A DNA stretch of 64,000 bases from Synergistales bacterium (GTDB taxonomy: Bacteria > Synergistota > Synergistia > Synergistales > JAFGMB01): assembly GCA_963666205.1 (NCBI GenBank), contig OY762654.1:256001-320000 (forward strand), read 5' to 3'. Positions 19,185 through 29,883 of this stretch are shown here, piece after piece. Under the pieces are notes generated by a model. The model was not told the origin of the DNA. It was given only the letters and a program-made list of their open reading frames with translations, and ran no database searches. Within the stretch, counting starts at the first letter, position 1. Each line of letters starts with the position of its first letter. A program made the position numbers and the translations under genes.

Positions 19185-20005
19185 TCCTCTTCTGTTTCAT
19201 GACCTATTGAATTGATTTCATCATGGATTCTGTTCCAGATAGATTTTTTTTCTTCTTCAAGAGCTCCGAAGTAATGCTGAAAGAGTCTTCTCACCTGGGA
19301 TTCCTTGAGATTCCGGGACATATGTCCATTAATGGCGAGGGAAATCTCTCCCCGTTCTTCAGATACAACAACTGCGATAGCATCTGATACTTCTGTTACA
19401 CCAAGAGCGGCCCTGTGCCTGGTACCTATCCATCTCGACAAGTCTGAATTCTCTGAAAGGGGCAGGTAAGTTGAAGCAGCGATAATAGTACTGTTCTCTA
19501 TAATGACAGCCCCGTCATGAAGAGGGTTGTTTGGCCAGAAAATAGAAATTATCAACTCCTGAGAAAGCTGTGCGTCAATCCTTACTGCTGTACGCCAGAA
19601 ATCTTTGAGGCCGGTATTTCTCTGCAGGACAAGAAGAGCCCCTATTTTTTTGTTCTTTAGAAAAAGGAGAGCATTTGTTATCTCATCACTCAGAAACTGG
19701 GCCCTCTTCTCTACCTGGCTCCGCTTCCATATTCTTCCCCTTCCCAATTCTTCAAGCATCTTTCTCAATTCAGGTTGAAACACTATCGGAATTGCAATGA
19801 CGAGAACAGTCAGGGTTTTAGCAAGAAACCAGGAAACGGTGGATAATTGAAGCAGTCGGGCAAGAGCTGAAATTCCTCCCAGAATAAGGAGTCCCTTCAC
19901 AAGCTGCATCGCCCTTGTTCCGACAAGAAGGAGCAAGAGTCTGTATATTATAAAAGCAACTATCAGAATATCCAGTATATCCTGCCAGCGAAACAAGTCA
20001 AACAT
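19181..20005 (-). CDS. cdaA: Membrane-bound diadenylate cyclase
   Basis: Three N-terminal TMs, VFQPELR, PLHDGAV, GTRHRAALG, VVSEE. Confidence 0.95.
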   Translation of the reverse strand: MFDLFRWQDILDILIVAFIIYRLLLLLVGTRAMQLVKGLLILGGISALARLLQLSTVSWFLAKTLTVLVIAIPIVFQPELRKMLEELGRGRIWKRSQVEKRAQFLSDEITNALLFLKNKKIGALLVLQRNTGLKDFWRTAVRIDAQLSQELIISIFWPNNPLHDGAVIIENSTIIAASTYLPLSENSDLSRWIGTRHRAALGVTEVSDAIAVVVSEERGEISLAINGHMSRNLKESQVRRLFQHYFGALEEEKKSIWNRIHDEINSIGHETEEE

Positions 20006-20033
20006 AGTTATAACCTCTGTATGTATTCTAAAA

Positions 20034-21125
20034 TCATTCTGCCTGGTGAAGAATATCTATCTCCACATAGGGAGATGTGGCAAGGGCAAGCATTGCGCCG
20101 TAGTCGACGGTAAACTTAAGAATATTACCGATCTCGATAGGTCCATTACTATTTTCCACATCAAGGATAATATGATCACTTGATGCTCCAAGTATTTCAA
20201 TACTATCATCAAAAGGGTGAAGTCCGGCAATTCTGACATCCTGTTTCCCAATCGCAACTATGGCCCTCCGTCGATTGCCTCTGTCAGGGAAATCGGGGAC
20301 ATTACCAAACGCATCTGCGCCAATTTTACCAAATGGACGACTGGGTTTTGTCCGGACTTCAATTATTTCAGCCTCCAGATGCATAACATCCTGATTCAGA
20401 TATGGTAAGATCCGCATACCAGATGTATCTGTTCCAAGAAAAAAGGCTTCACCTATCCTGAGCTGGTTTATCCTCAAAGGCATTTTCTCTTCCTCTATCA
20501 AAGATAGTGAAGAAGTTGCACCACCAGAGAAAAAGGTCAGTTCCCTTTGCAGTTCTTTTTCAATGATCTTCCCCGCACTAATAAGTTCTGATAGTTTTTC
20601 TTCAGAAGGCAGAACACCACCGAAACATCCAAAATTCACTCCAATACCGATACAATCCACTCTGGAGCAGTTTTTCAGAGAATTCACCATAAGGGGAATA
20701 TCTTCTGTTAGAATACCCTCTCTCAGATCTCCAAGATCACACATTACAATGACATTGTAACGGCAATTGAGGGATCGGCAGCAGGAATCGATCAGAGAGA
20801 CCGTTTGGGGCATTGATACCAGACTACAATCTGTGTATCGGGTTAAAAGAGGGATTTCGCTGGGCATGGGAATCCGCAATAACATGAGAGAAGATTCAGG
20901 CAAAATAGTTCTCAACTGGACAAGATTCTCCAGCCTGCTATCTGCAAGCCAGGAACAGCCTTCCGAGTACAAAGCGCGGGCTATCGCTGGATGAGCACAC
21001 AGTCCTTTCGTAACTCCAGCGACCTTTATACCCCTTTCTTCGCATAGTTTGACAACCCGACTAACATTTTCTCTAAGCTTATTTTCATTTATCACAAGTC
21101 TGGGCCAACCCATGTTCCAATCCAT
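20034..21125 (-). CDS. PLP-dependent amino-acid racemase, ornithine racemase (Orr)-like
   Basis: GVTKG (PLP Lys), DSRLENL, LLRIPMPSE, DLGDLREG, NFGCFGG, QLRIGEA, GASSDH. Start probably ATG 21125 or 21113. Confidence 0.85.
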   Translation of the reverse strand: MDWNMGWPRLVINENKLRENVSRVVKLCEERGIKVAGVTKGLCAHPAIARALYSEGCSWLADSRLENLVQLRTILPESSLMLLRIPMPSEIPLLTRYTDCSLVSMPQTVSLIDSCCRSLNCRYNVIVMCDLGDLREGILTEDIPLMVNSLKNCSRVDCIGIGVNFGCFGGVLPSEEKLSELISAGKIIEKELQRELTFFSGGATSSLSLIEEEKMPLRINQLRIGEAFFLGTDTSGMRILPYLNQDVMHLEAEIIEVRTKPSRPFGKIGADAFGNVPDFPDRGNRRRAIVAIGKQDVRIAGLHPFDDSIEILGASSDHIILDVENSNGPIEIGNILKFTVDYGAMLALATSPYVEIDILHQAE

Positions 21126-21147
21126 CCCTTCTTTGTATCTTGCGAGT

Positions 21148-21990
21148 TTAACTCCCTCTAAGTTTTCGTAAAATGGCAAGATTTGCTGCATCACCCTGAC
21201 CTTTTTTTGGTGTTTCGAGAACACAGGGGATATGATTCCATATATCATCATTAAGTATCATTTCGAAAATACCGAGACCTATCTGCCCCTCTCCAAGATT
21301 TTCATGTCGGTCAACCCTGCTTCCTTTCTCTCTCTTACTATCGTTTAAGTGCCAACAGGCTATGCGGTAATATCCAAAATCTCTATCCAGAAGTTTCATG
21401 AATCGATCATATGATTCCTTTGTTCTAAGTTCATAACCTGCAGCAAAAAGATGGGCAGTGTCAAGGCATATTTTCAATCTTTCATCCCAGTCGAGACAGG
21501 ACATTATGTATCCGAGATGTTCAAGTCTGAAACCAAGTGAGTTCCCCTGACCAGCCATAGTTTCCAGGGCAATAAAGACGTCGGTTTCTTCAGTCTGTTC
21601 CAGGACTCTTGCAAGACTCACAGCAACCCGCTGTAGTCCTTCATCAAGGCTGCAGTCAGTATGAGAACCAGGATGAATTACCAATGTAGAGATCCCCAGG
21701 TTCTGACATCTGTATATTTCATCGATCAGAGCCCTGGTACTTTTTGCATTCAATGGAGCGGATGCTGCAAGATTTATGAGATATGATGCATGTACCAGAA
21801 CTTCAACTATGCTGCTTTCAGCCCACGCCCTCATAAAAGATGATATCTGTCCAACAGTAGGGGGAGAACTCCTCCACTGAAGCTGATTCTTGGAAAAAAA
21901 CTGGATAGCTTCACACTGGAGCTGCTCACCTCTGTAGATCGCCTTGTCAAACCCGCCTGCGATCGAAATATGGGTCCCGATAAGACCCAT
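21148..21990 (-). CDS. nfo: Endonuclease IV
   Basis: IGTHISIAGG, HASYLINL, HPGS, ETMAGQG, CLDTAH, HLNDSK, DRHE, LETP. ATG at 21990 overlaps the upstream stop. Confidence 0.95.
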   Translation of the reverse strand: MGLIGTHISIAGGFDKAIYRGEQLQCEAIQFFSKNQLQWRSSPPTVGQISSFMRAWAESSIVEVLVHASYLINLAASAPLNAKSTRALIDEIYRCQNLGISTLVIHPGSHTDCSLDEGLQRVAVSLARVLEQTEETDVFIALETMAGQGNSLGFRLEHLGYIMSCLDWDERLKICLDTAHLFAAGYELRTKESYDRFMKLLDRDFGYYRIACWHLNDSKREKGSRVDRHENLGEGQIGLGIFEMILNDDIWNHIPCVLETPKKGQGDAANLAILRKLRGS

Positions 21991-22598
21991 CAGGAAAACT
22001 CTTTCAGCACAGCAAGATCTTGGATCAGGGAATGAAAGATTCTGCCTGTTACACCCCATATGCTCTTTCCTGTCGTCAGGGGAAATTCCATATAAGTATG
22101 GATCCGGCCATCGTGAGAAAACTTTTTTTCCACAGGTTCGTATGGAAGATTGAAAGGATCAAGAAAAAAATAATCCTGCACTTCATTAGGGTCCGGATCA
22201 AGACATAACTGGTCTCGATGAATATCTACCAGACCAACAACAGGATAGACGAGGAAACCGGAAGTTATAGCTCTCTCCGGGTTCATGAGATAGAGGGGTT
22301 CAATTATTTTCGAAGGTAACCCCATCTCTTCATGGGTCTCTCTAAGAGAGGTAACCAGTGGGCCTGTATCACCAGGTTCCATTACGCCTCCCGGGAAGGC
22401 TATCTGACCAGCGTGTCTTTTCAGAAAAGAAGGACGCTCAATAAACATGACCTTTATGCCTGAATTATCTGCGATCAAAGGGACAAGAACCGCACTCAAT
22501 GATGTTCTTCCCACCTTAGCACATGAATCCCAGCTTGGAAATGAGGTTTTCCCATATAAAGAGTTCCGGATCTTCTCTACCATTCCTACTTGTAACAT
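21990..22598 (-). CDS. Nudix hydrolase, CoA pyrophosphatase (NudL/PCD1) type
   Basis: SAVLVPL, HAGQIAFPGG, LRETHEEMGL, IWGVTG. Confidence 0.88.
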   Translation of the reverse strand: MLQVGMVEKIRNSLYGKTSFPSWDSCAKVGRTSLSAVLVPLIADNSGIKVMFIERPSFLKRHAGQIAFPGGVMEPGDTGPLVTSLRETHEEMGLPSKIIEPLYLMNPERAITSGFLVYPVVGLVDIHRDQLCLDPDPNEVQDYFFLDPFNLPYEPVEKKFSHDGRIHTYMEFPLTTGKSIWGVTGRIFHSLIQDLAVLKEFS

Positions 22599-22643
22599 TA
22601 CACAAGTTGCCCCTGGTTATGACAAAAGATCCCCTTATAACTG

Positions 22644-24398
22644 TCAAGCGTGGAGTTTAACCTGTCCCTGATATACAAGACCTCTACCTCCATCCAGTGT
22701 TACAAGAGTATCATCCTCAAGAAGTGACATAGCATTCTTTGCACCAAGAATACACGGGATACCAAGTTCTAAAGCCAGGATTGCAGGATGACTTGTTAAC
22801 CCCGTCTGCTCTGTAATTATCCCTCCAGCCTTTTCCACAGCTGGAACATAGTTCTTGTCAGTACCAATTACTACAAGAATATCGCCCTTACGGATCTTAC
22901 TAATTGCTTCCTGGGCACTTTCAGCACGACAGATACGGCCGAACGCTTCTTTACGGAGATAAGGGAGACCTCGGATTATTATTCGGCCTGCAGTCAGGAG
23001 ATGCATCATGTTTGTTGTTCCAGGGATTCCCATTGGAATTCCTGCGGTTACAACCAGCAGATCACCCTCCTCAATATACCCCTTACGAAGAGAAGAGAAA
23101 ATAGCGTAATCGATAGCTTCATTTTCATTGTCAGGCTGTTTTTCCATGACAGGAACAACTCCCCAGTTCAGGGACAGTTCCCTCCAGATCTTCTGAGATG
23201 GAGTTGATCCTATTATCCGGCAGGGCGGCCTGTATTTACTTACCATTCTGGCAGTACTTCCACTCCTTGTGAGAGACAGTATGGCTCCGACCTTCATAAG
23301 CTTTGCAACTGATACAGCAGCATGACTTACAGCGTCAGGGATACTTGACTGTATGGCAGCGGATACTTCCCCAAGATCCGGCAAAGACAATATTTCTTCT
23401 GCCTTCTGAATAATGCGGCTCATGACCTTGACCGATTCCAGCGGGAAGGCTCCCTTGGCAGTTTCCCCCGAAAGCATTACAGCGTCTGTCCCATCCAGAA
23501 CGGCATTGGCCACATCACTAGCTTCAGCTCTTGTGGGGCGAGGATTCCTGATCATGGAATCAAGCATCTGGGTTGCGACAATAACGGATCTTCCGCTGTT
23601 TCTTGCAAGATTGATAAGTCTTTTCTGAACCAAAGGAACTTCCTCCGTTGGAATTTCAACTCCCAGATCACCCCTGGCGATCATTATCCCATCAACCACT
23701 TCAAGGATCTCTGCAATATTAGTGACAGCCTGCCGGGTTTCGATTTTGGCAATTATTTTCATCTGGCCATTGTTATTTTCGATCAGTTTTCTTACTTCAA
23801 GGATATCATTTCTATTTTTGACGAATGAAACTGCTACAAAATCCATATCATGCTCAATACCCCAGTGAATATCATCAATATCACTGGATGCAAGGGCTGG
23901 AATAGTGATATCTGCCCCAGGAACGTTAATACCTTTGGTATCTCCAAGGATACCTCCAACTAAGACATCACATATCATTCGATCAGACATTATTGTTTTT
24001 ACCCTGAGATGTATCACTCCATCATCTATGAAAATATCCTGACCTGGTCGAACCTCACTTACAAGGGATGGATATCCAACGAAAACACCATTTTCAGTAC
24101 CCAGAACTTCATCTCCAAGAAAAAGGGTGAAATCCTCTCCTTGTTCGAGAATCACTTCACCACCTGTGACTTTTCCTGTCCTGATCTCGGGACCCTTCGT
24201 ATCCAGTATGGTTCCTATTGGTTTATCAAGAAATGTCTCGACTTTTCTTACATGGTCAAGATTTTGAAGATGTCCATAGTAATCACCATGGCTGAAGTTG
24301 AATCTTGCAACTGACATACCCTCTTCAGCCATTGAAAGAATGGTTTCATAGTCTGAGCAGGATGGTCCAAGAGTACATACGATCTTTACCTTGTTCAT
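22644..24398 (-). CDS. pyk: Pyruvate kinase with C-terminal PEP-utilising swivel domain
   Basis: KIVCTLGP, RFNFSHG, DTKGPEIR, ARGDLGVE, ATQMLDSM, MLSGETA; C-terminal GLTSHPAI. Confidence 0.97.
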   Translation of the reverse strand: MNKVKIVCTLGPSCSDYETILSMAEEGMSVARFNFSHGDYYGHLQNLDHVRKVETFLDKPIGTILDTKGPEIRTGKVTGGEVILEQGEDFTLFLGDEVLGTENGVFVGYPSLVSEVRPGQDIFIDDGVIHLRVKTIMSDRMICDVLVGGILGDTKGINVPGADITIPALASSDIDDIHWGIEHDMDFVAVSFVKNRNDILEVRKLIENNNGQMKIIAKIETRQAVTNIAEILEVVDGIMIARGDLGVEIPTEEVPLVQKRLINLARNSGRSVIVATQMLDSMIRNPRPTRAEASDVANAVLDGTDAVMLSGETAKGAFPLESVKVMSRIIQKAEEILSLPDLGEVSAAIQSSIPDAVSHAAVSVAKLMKVGAILSLTRSGSTARMVSKYRPPCRIIGSTPSQKIWRELSLNWGVVPVMEKQPDNENEAIDYAIFSSLRKGYIEEGDLLVVTAGIPMGIPGTTNMMHLLTAGRIIIRGLPYLRKEAFGRICRAESAQEAISKIRKGDILVVIGTDKNYVPAVEKAGGIITEQTGLTSHPAILALELGIPCILGAKNAMSLLEDDTLVTLDGGRGLVYQGQVKLHA

Positions 24399-24438
24399 CT
24401 CTCAATTTCCTCCATATTTTTAATGAAAAGATTGTTAC

Positions 24439-27400
24439 TCAGCAAAGCACCTTTGCAATATCTCCCGGAAAGTATTTCTTCAGAAGATCTTCAAGGGGAG
24501 CTGCTATATCAACTTTAATACCATTAAGGCTTAACATGGCAAGATTATCATTATCCTTGATCTCCAGGATAACCTGTGACCGGCCAGGATATCCCTTAAG
24601 ATCCCTGAGAAACTGCCGGAACCTTACGGGATCAGGCCTGAGAGGAGGAAGAGCCAACCGGACCATTGCCGGTGTCTGATTGACATAGTTTTCAAAAGTA
24701 AATGCTTCCTTGGCGATAATAGAACGTCCATCATCCTCTTTAATGGTCCCTTTGACAATGAGTACTTCGCCTATCTTTAACACAGGCTTGAGTTTGTTCC
24801 AGACCCTGGGAAAACAGACGACCTCTGCTTTGGAATCCGAATCCTCCAGCTCCAGTATACCCATTGTATCGCCCTTTTTAGTATATTTTTCCTGGAACGC
24901 GATAATAATACCTCCAATTGAAGGTGTCATCCTATCACTTTTCCAGCAGGGAAGGTCGCTGATCCTGCATGTAGTGTATCTTACGACTTCCCTATCATAT
25001 TGATCAAAGGGGTGACCAGATATGTATAAACCGGTAGCCTCTTTCTCCATATCCAGGATCCTGTAAAGGTCAAAGTTTTCAACCTCTGGTAATTCAGGTT
25101 TTTCTTCATTCTCTTCCTCACCCAGAAGAGACAGGATGGAACACTGGTTTTTGTCTGAACATCTCCTCTGAACTATGTCAATCATTCCAGGTAAGGCCTC
25201 CAGAAGTTGATGCCTATTTTCATTTATACTCGCAAATGCACCCGCCTTGACAAGATTTTCAATTATTGCCTTATTAACAGTCCTCAGATCGACTGCATTA
25301 AGGAATTCCCAAAGCGATGAGAATTTACCGACCTCATCCCTGGCGACGATTATCGATTGAATAGCAGCATGTCCAACCTTGGCTACAGCCCCGAGACCGA
25401 AACGGATAACCTTTCCAACAACAGTAAAAGACTCCCTTGATTCATTTACATCGGGTTGTAACACTTTCATTCCAGAATTTCTAACTTCCCTTACATATGC
25501 AGCCATAACATCCTTTTTGGATCCTATCTGGCTAGTCAGGTATGCGGCCATAAACTCTGTAGGGAAATTAGCTTTAAGAAATGCCGTCTGGTAACTTATC
25601 ATTGCGTAGGCTGCACTGTGGGATTTGTTGAATCCATATCCTGCAAATTCCTGGATAATATCAAAGATTTCCTCAGCTTTTTTCTTATCCACCTGATTTC
25701 TCATGCTGCCTTCAACAAACTTTGCTCTCTGCTTCTCCATAACCTCTACTTTTTTTTTGCCCATGGCTCTTCTCAGAAGATCGGCCTCACCGAGAGTATA
25801 ACCTGCAAGCGTTGCAGCACATTGCATTACCTGTTCCTGATACAGTATAACCCCGTGGGTTTCTTTAAGTATCTTTGCAAGACTGGGATGGAGATATTCA
25901 ACTTCCTGACGGCCATGTTTACGCTCAATATACTGATCCACCATGCCACTTCCAAGTGGGCCAGGCCTGTACAAGGCAAGAACAGCTACCAGATCATCAA
26001 AACTATCAGGAACTATCTTTTTCAGAAGTTGACGCATGCCCGATGATTCAAGTTGGAAAACACCAAGCGTATCTCCCCTTTGAAGCATCTGGAAGGTTTT
26101 CTGATCATTAAGGGGTATCCTGTTAAGATCAGGTACATCACTGCCAGTGGATTTTATGTTGCTTAACGCTTCCTCCAGAACTGACAGAGTTCTCAGTCCC
26201 AGAAAGTCCATTTTCACCAGACCAAGCTTTTCTACAGGCTCCATTGGATACTGAGTAACAATTTGATCTTCACCGATCTTTCTTACAGGAACAATCTCTG
26301 TAAGTGATATGGGAGTTATTACAACTCCTGCAGCATGCTGGGAACAATGTCGCGCAATACCCTCAATTCGTGAAGCTGTTTCAAGTAATTTATGAACTGA
26401 CATATCATTTTTATAGAGTTCAGCAAGATCCTTGCTCTCTTCAAGGGCCTGGGGAATTGTCTTGACCATGGGAGGGATAAGCTTGGCTACCCTGTCTACA
26501 TCTGGATAAGGCATGGCCAAGGCTCTTCCTACATCCCTGATAGCTCCTTTACTTTTCATTCGGTCAAAGGTGATGATCTGGGAAACCTTATCTGTTCCAT
26601 ACTTCTGGACAATATACCTTATAAGTTCATCTCTTCCTTTATCTGAGACGTCTGTGTCGATATCAGGCATACTGATTCTTTCCGGATTGAGAAATCTTTC
26701 AAAGATAAGTCCATATTTCAAGGGATCAAGTTCGGTAATATGCATACTCCATGCTACAAGAGATCCAGCAGCGGATCCCCTTCCGGGCCCAATTGGAATG
26801 CTTTTGTCTTTGGCCGCCCTGATAATACTGGAAACAATGATGAAATAACCGGCAAATCCCATGGAATTAATTACCGATATCTCATAATTAAGTCTTTGGG
26901 AATATTCTTCCGGAACATCATGTGTATCAAGTCTCTCCTCAAGACCCTGCCAGGCTAACCTTTCAAGATTGGATTCAATGGTTTCACCCTCGGGAAGGTC
27001 TATCTGTGGAAGTTGATATTCTCCTGCTCCAAGTTTGAAAACAGTATTACACCTTTCAGCTATGGAAACCGTATTCTGAAGCGCATCTGGGAGTTCGGAA
27101 CCAAATAGTGCCCACATTTCCTCAGGTGATCTGAGATAGAAATCATTTGAACCAAAGGACATTCTCTTCTCATCTCTGATTGTAGAGTTGGTCTGTACGC
27201 AGAGGAGTATCTCGTGCCAATCAAAATCTGTTTTATCAAGATAATGGGCATCGTTGGTTGCAATTAGAGGGAAATCATGGGTTCGTGCCATTCTGACAAG
27301 ACTTTTGTTAACTAGAGCCTGTTCAGGTATGGCATTATACATAACTTCGAGAAAGAAGTTGTTCCTACCTAAGATATCCCTGTAAAGGGAAGCCCTTTCA

Positions 27401-27864
27401 AGAGCACCACCCTCATCACCATTCATTATCATGGAAGGGATCTCTCCTGCAAGACAGGCGCTTGATCCTATAAGCCCTTCATGATATCGAGAAAGAAGAT
27501 CATGGTCTATTCTGGGTTTGTAGTAAAAACCATTGGTATTGGCTTCAGAAACAAGTTTTATAAGATTGTGAAGACCTTTCTGGTTTTCTGCTAACAATAG
27601 TAAATGATAGTTCTTTGACTTCTTTTCCTTGTATGTATAACCCTCCGGCTGCACATATACTTCGCAACCAATTATAGGTTTCACTCCTGAAGCCAAGCAG
27701 TTTTCATAGAATTCAACAGCTCCGTACATGGCTCCATGATCAGTCATTGCAACAGCTGGCATTCCATAATTCTTGACTTTGGAAGCAAGGTCACTGCATC
27801 TTATAGAACCATCCAGAAGGCTGTATTCAGTATGGACATGGAGATGGACAAAGGGATGGACCAT
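24439..27864 (-). CDS. dnaE: DNA polymerase III alpha subunit
   Basis: HLHVHTEYSLLDG, GPGRGSAAGS, FERFLNPER, PDIDTD, KMDFLGL, YGFNKSHS. Confidence 0.97.
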   Translation of the reverse strand: MVHPFVHLHVHTEYSLLDGSIRCSDLASKVKNYGMPAVAMTDHGAMYGAVEFYENCLASGVKPIIGCEVYVQPEGYTYKEKKSKNYHLLLLAENQKGLHNLIKLVSEANTNGFYYKPRIDHDLLSRYHEGLIGSSACLAGEIPSMIMNGDEGGALERASLYRDILGRNNFFLEVMYNAIPEQALVNKSLVRMARTHDFPLIATNDAHYLDKTDFDWHEILLCVQTNSTIRDEKRMSFGSNDFYLRSPEEMWALFGSELPDALQNTVSIAERCNTVFKLGAGEYQLPQIDLPEGETIESNLERLAWQGLEERLDTHDVPEEYSQRLNYEISVINSMGFAGYFIIVSSIIRAAKDKSIPIGPGRGSAAGSLVAWSMHITELDPLKYGLIFERFLNPERISMPDIDTDVSDKGRDELIRYIVQKYGTDKVSQIITFDRMKSKGAIRDVGRALAMPYPDVDRVAKLIPPMVKTIPQALEESKDLAELYKNDMSVHKLLETASRIEGIARHCSQHAAGVVITPISLTEIVPVRKIGEDQIVTQYPMEPVEKLGLVKMDFLGLRTLSVLEEALSNIKSTGSDVPDLNRIPLNDQKTFQMLQRGDTLGVFQLESSGMRQLLKKIVPDSFDDLVAVLALYRPGPLGSGMVDQYIERKHGRQEVEYLHPSLAKILKETHGVILYQEQVMQCAATLAGYTLGEADLLRRAMGKKKVEVMEKQRAKFVEGSMRNQVDKKKAEEIFDIIQEFAGYGFNKSHSAAYAMISYQTAFLKANFPTEFMAAYLTSQIGSKKDVMAAYVREVRNSGMKVLQPDVNESRESFTVVGKVIRFGLGAVAKVGHAAIQSIIVARDEVGKFSSLWEFLNAVDLRTVNKAIIENLVKAGAFASINENRHQLLEALPGMIDIVQRRCSDKNQCSILSLLGEEENEEKPELPEVENFDLYRILDMEKEATGLYISGHPFDQYDREVVRYTTCRISDLPCWKSDRMTPSIGGIIIAFQEKYTKKGDTMGILELEDSDSKAEVVCFPRVWNKLKPVLKIGEVLIVKGTIKEDDGRSIIAKEAFTFENYVNQTPAMVRLALPPLRPDPVRFRQFLRDLKGYPGRSQVILEIKDNDNLAMLSLNGIKVDIAAPLEDLLKKYFPGDIAKVLC

Positions 27865-29798
27865 TATTCAACCTCTTCCTCATAAGATTCCAGATTCTCA
27901 TTTTTGAGCAGGATAAGTTCTCCATTGGTGCAGTTGAGGATTTCCTGAACTGCATCTTTAAAGGTATCACCTGCAATAGTATTATCCAGTTGCCTGTTTG
28001 CCGAGTATTTATTGTGAACCAACATTTCTGTATCGCTAACTTCCATATCTACGGTACCTTGTTTTACAGGACTTTCGGAAGACGGGAAGAGACTTGCCTG
28101 TTCAATACCACCAGCCTCAGGGGTATCATAAATGCGTTCTTCCATTTGTCTTTCTGTTGCAGAAAAACGTTTTTCATCCTTTCCGCAACGTAAAACTATG
28201 ATATCGAATTTCCCATCTATGACCTCTGAACATGCATCAAGGAGGGTGTATGCATTTCTGTCAAGACACAGAAGTTTGAACGCAGCAGTCGCACTATCCT
28301 GGAAATCTACCACCAGGGCGGGACCTTCAATTATTATCCGTGCTGACAGAAGAGCAGAAAAAACAGCAATAGAATCGTCCTTCAGGATCTTAAGGATCTG
28401 TTTCCACTCCGTTTCTTCTATATCAGATAACTTCTGTCCCATTATGGAGGTTTTTGAAGTATTTGTAAGAACCTGTGTTTTCATCGGAGAATCTTTTGTT
28501 TTATTCTCATCGTTGTTAGTAGATTCTGATTCGTTTTTCGGATTTCCTTCAGATCTGGATTGGGTCAGAACGTTTTCCATTTTTTCCTCAGAAGATTGTT
28601 CTGCAGATCCATATGATGTTGTTTCCGCATTTAAATGACTTGCAGGAAAGGGGGACAGTTCTTTATCTCCATGCAAAGACTGAGCCCGCATGGATCCTTG
28701 AGAAATATCTAACGACATGGTCAGCACATTTTTGAAAATGAGACCTGAAAGCACATCCGTTCTCATTCCTGCCCGAACCCTTGGAAGTATATCCACGCAG
28801 AAATCCATTATAGAAACAAGGTTTAACCTGTTCCATAAAGGAGCCTCGTCCCTTAAGAATCGTTTTTCACCATTTGAAAGATTGAGATCTTCAATATATT
28901 TGGATCCCCAATTGCTGGTTATCCACAGGTTTTTCGAGAGAATGAACAACCCTTCTATTATCTTTACGGATGAAGCTCCACGGGAAAAGAGTTCTGTAAT
29001 GAAAAGATAAGCAGAAGAGATATCTTCTCTGAATAACCGGAAAAGTTTTTCCAGTTCAGAATAACTGGCTCCTCCCAAAAGTCTGGTAACATTCTCGAGG
29101 GTAACAGATCTGTTATCAAGGGTTATGGTCTGTTCCATAAATGACAGAGCATCTCTAAGGGCGCCATCAGCCTGTCTGGATATCTCCCAGAGAGCTTCTT
29201 CTTCCCAATCCAGCCCCTCTGAAGACGCAATCGATGCAAGTCTGGTCAGAATTTCTCCTTCTGATATCCGATGAAAGGGGATGTGTTGACAGCGAGATCT
29301 TATGGTTACCGGAACTTTATACGGTTCCGTTGTCGCAAGGATGAATATGACATTTTGAGGCGGTTCTTCGAGAGTCTTCAGAAGTGCATTAAATGCAGCT
29401 ATGGACAACATATGAACTTCGTCAATGATATAGACCTTATATTTTGCAGAGAATGGAGATAGTGCGACATGACTTTTCAATTCCCTGACTTCATCCACAC
29501 CATTGTTGGATGCTCCATCTATTTCTATGATATCCAGGTTGTCACCATTAGTTATGGAAATGCAACTGTCACAAAGATTACATGGTTCAGAATCTGGCTG
29601 GATTGAAGTGCAGTTAACAGCCTTGGCTATCAACCTCGCCACAGATGTCTTTCCACAACCTCTTGGTCCAGAAAACAGATAGGCATGACCTATATTGTCA
29701 TTCAAAACCGCTTTCTGGATAATGGATATAGCCGATCTCTGACCTGCAACGTCACAGAAACGTTGCGGCCTGTAACGTCGATATAAAGCAAGATACAT
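27864..29798 (-). CDS. dnaX: DNA polymerase III gamma/tau subunit
   Basis: LYRRYRPQ, GPRGCGKT, Zn cluster, DEVHML, SRC. Start ATG at 29798 after AAGGAGG. Confidence 0.95.
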   Translation of the reverse strand: MYLALYRRYRPQRFCDVAGQRSAISIIQKAVLNDNIGHAYLFSGPRGCGKTSVARLIAKAVNCTSIQPDSEPCNLCDSCISITNGDNLDIIEIDGASNNGVDEVRELKSHVALSPFSAKYKVYIIDEVHMLSIAAFNALLKTLEEPPQNVIFILATTEPYKVPVTIRSRCQHIPFHRISEGEILTRLASIASSEGLDWEEEALWEISRQADGALRDALSFMEQTITLDNRSVTLENVTRLLGGASYSELEKLFRLFREDISSAYLFITELFSRGASSVKIIEGLFILSKNLWITSNWGSKYIEDLNLSNGEKRFLRDEAPLWNRLNLVSIMDFCVDILPRVRAGMRTDVLSGLIFKNVLTMSLDISQGSMRAQSLHGDKELSPFPASHLNAETTSYGSAEQSSEEKMENVLTQSRSEGNPKNESESTNNDENKTKDSPMKTQVLTNTSKTSIMGQKLSDIEETEWKQILKILKDDSIAVFSALLSARIIIEGPALVVDFQDSATAAFKLLCLDRNAYTLLDACSEVIDGKFDIIVLRCGKDEKRFSATERQMEERIYDTPEAGGIEQASLFPSSESPVKQGTVDMEVSDTEMLVHNKYSANRQLDNTIAGDTFKDAVQEILNCTNGELILLKNENLESYEEEVE

Positions 29799-29883
29799 GG
29801 TCAGTGGCCTCCTTTGATATTCTTGCATTCAATAATAAGCATTTGACAAACCGGGTTAAGAACACTCAAAGAGCTTTTATTGA

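Noticed and set aside
27864..29798. Possible programmed -1 frameshift in dnaX (gamma/tau)
   Set aside because: I did not see an A-AAA-AAG slippery site or a long A-run with a downstream hairpin in the linker region.
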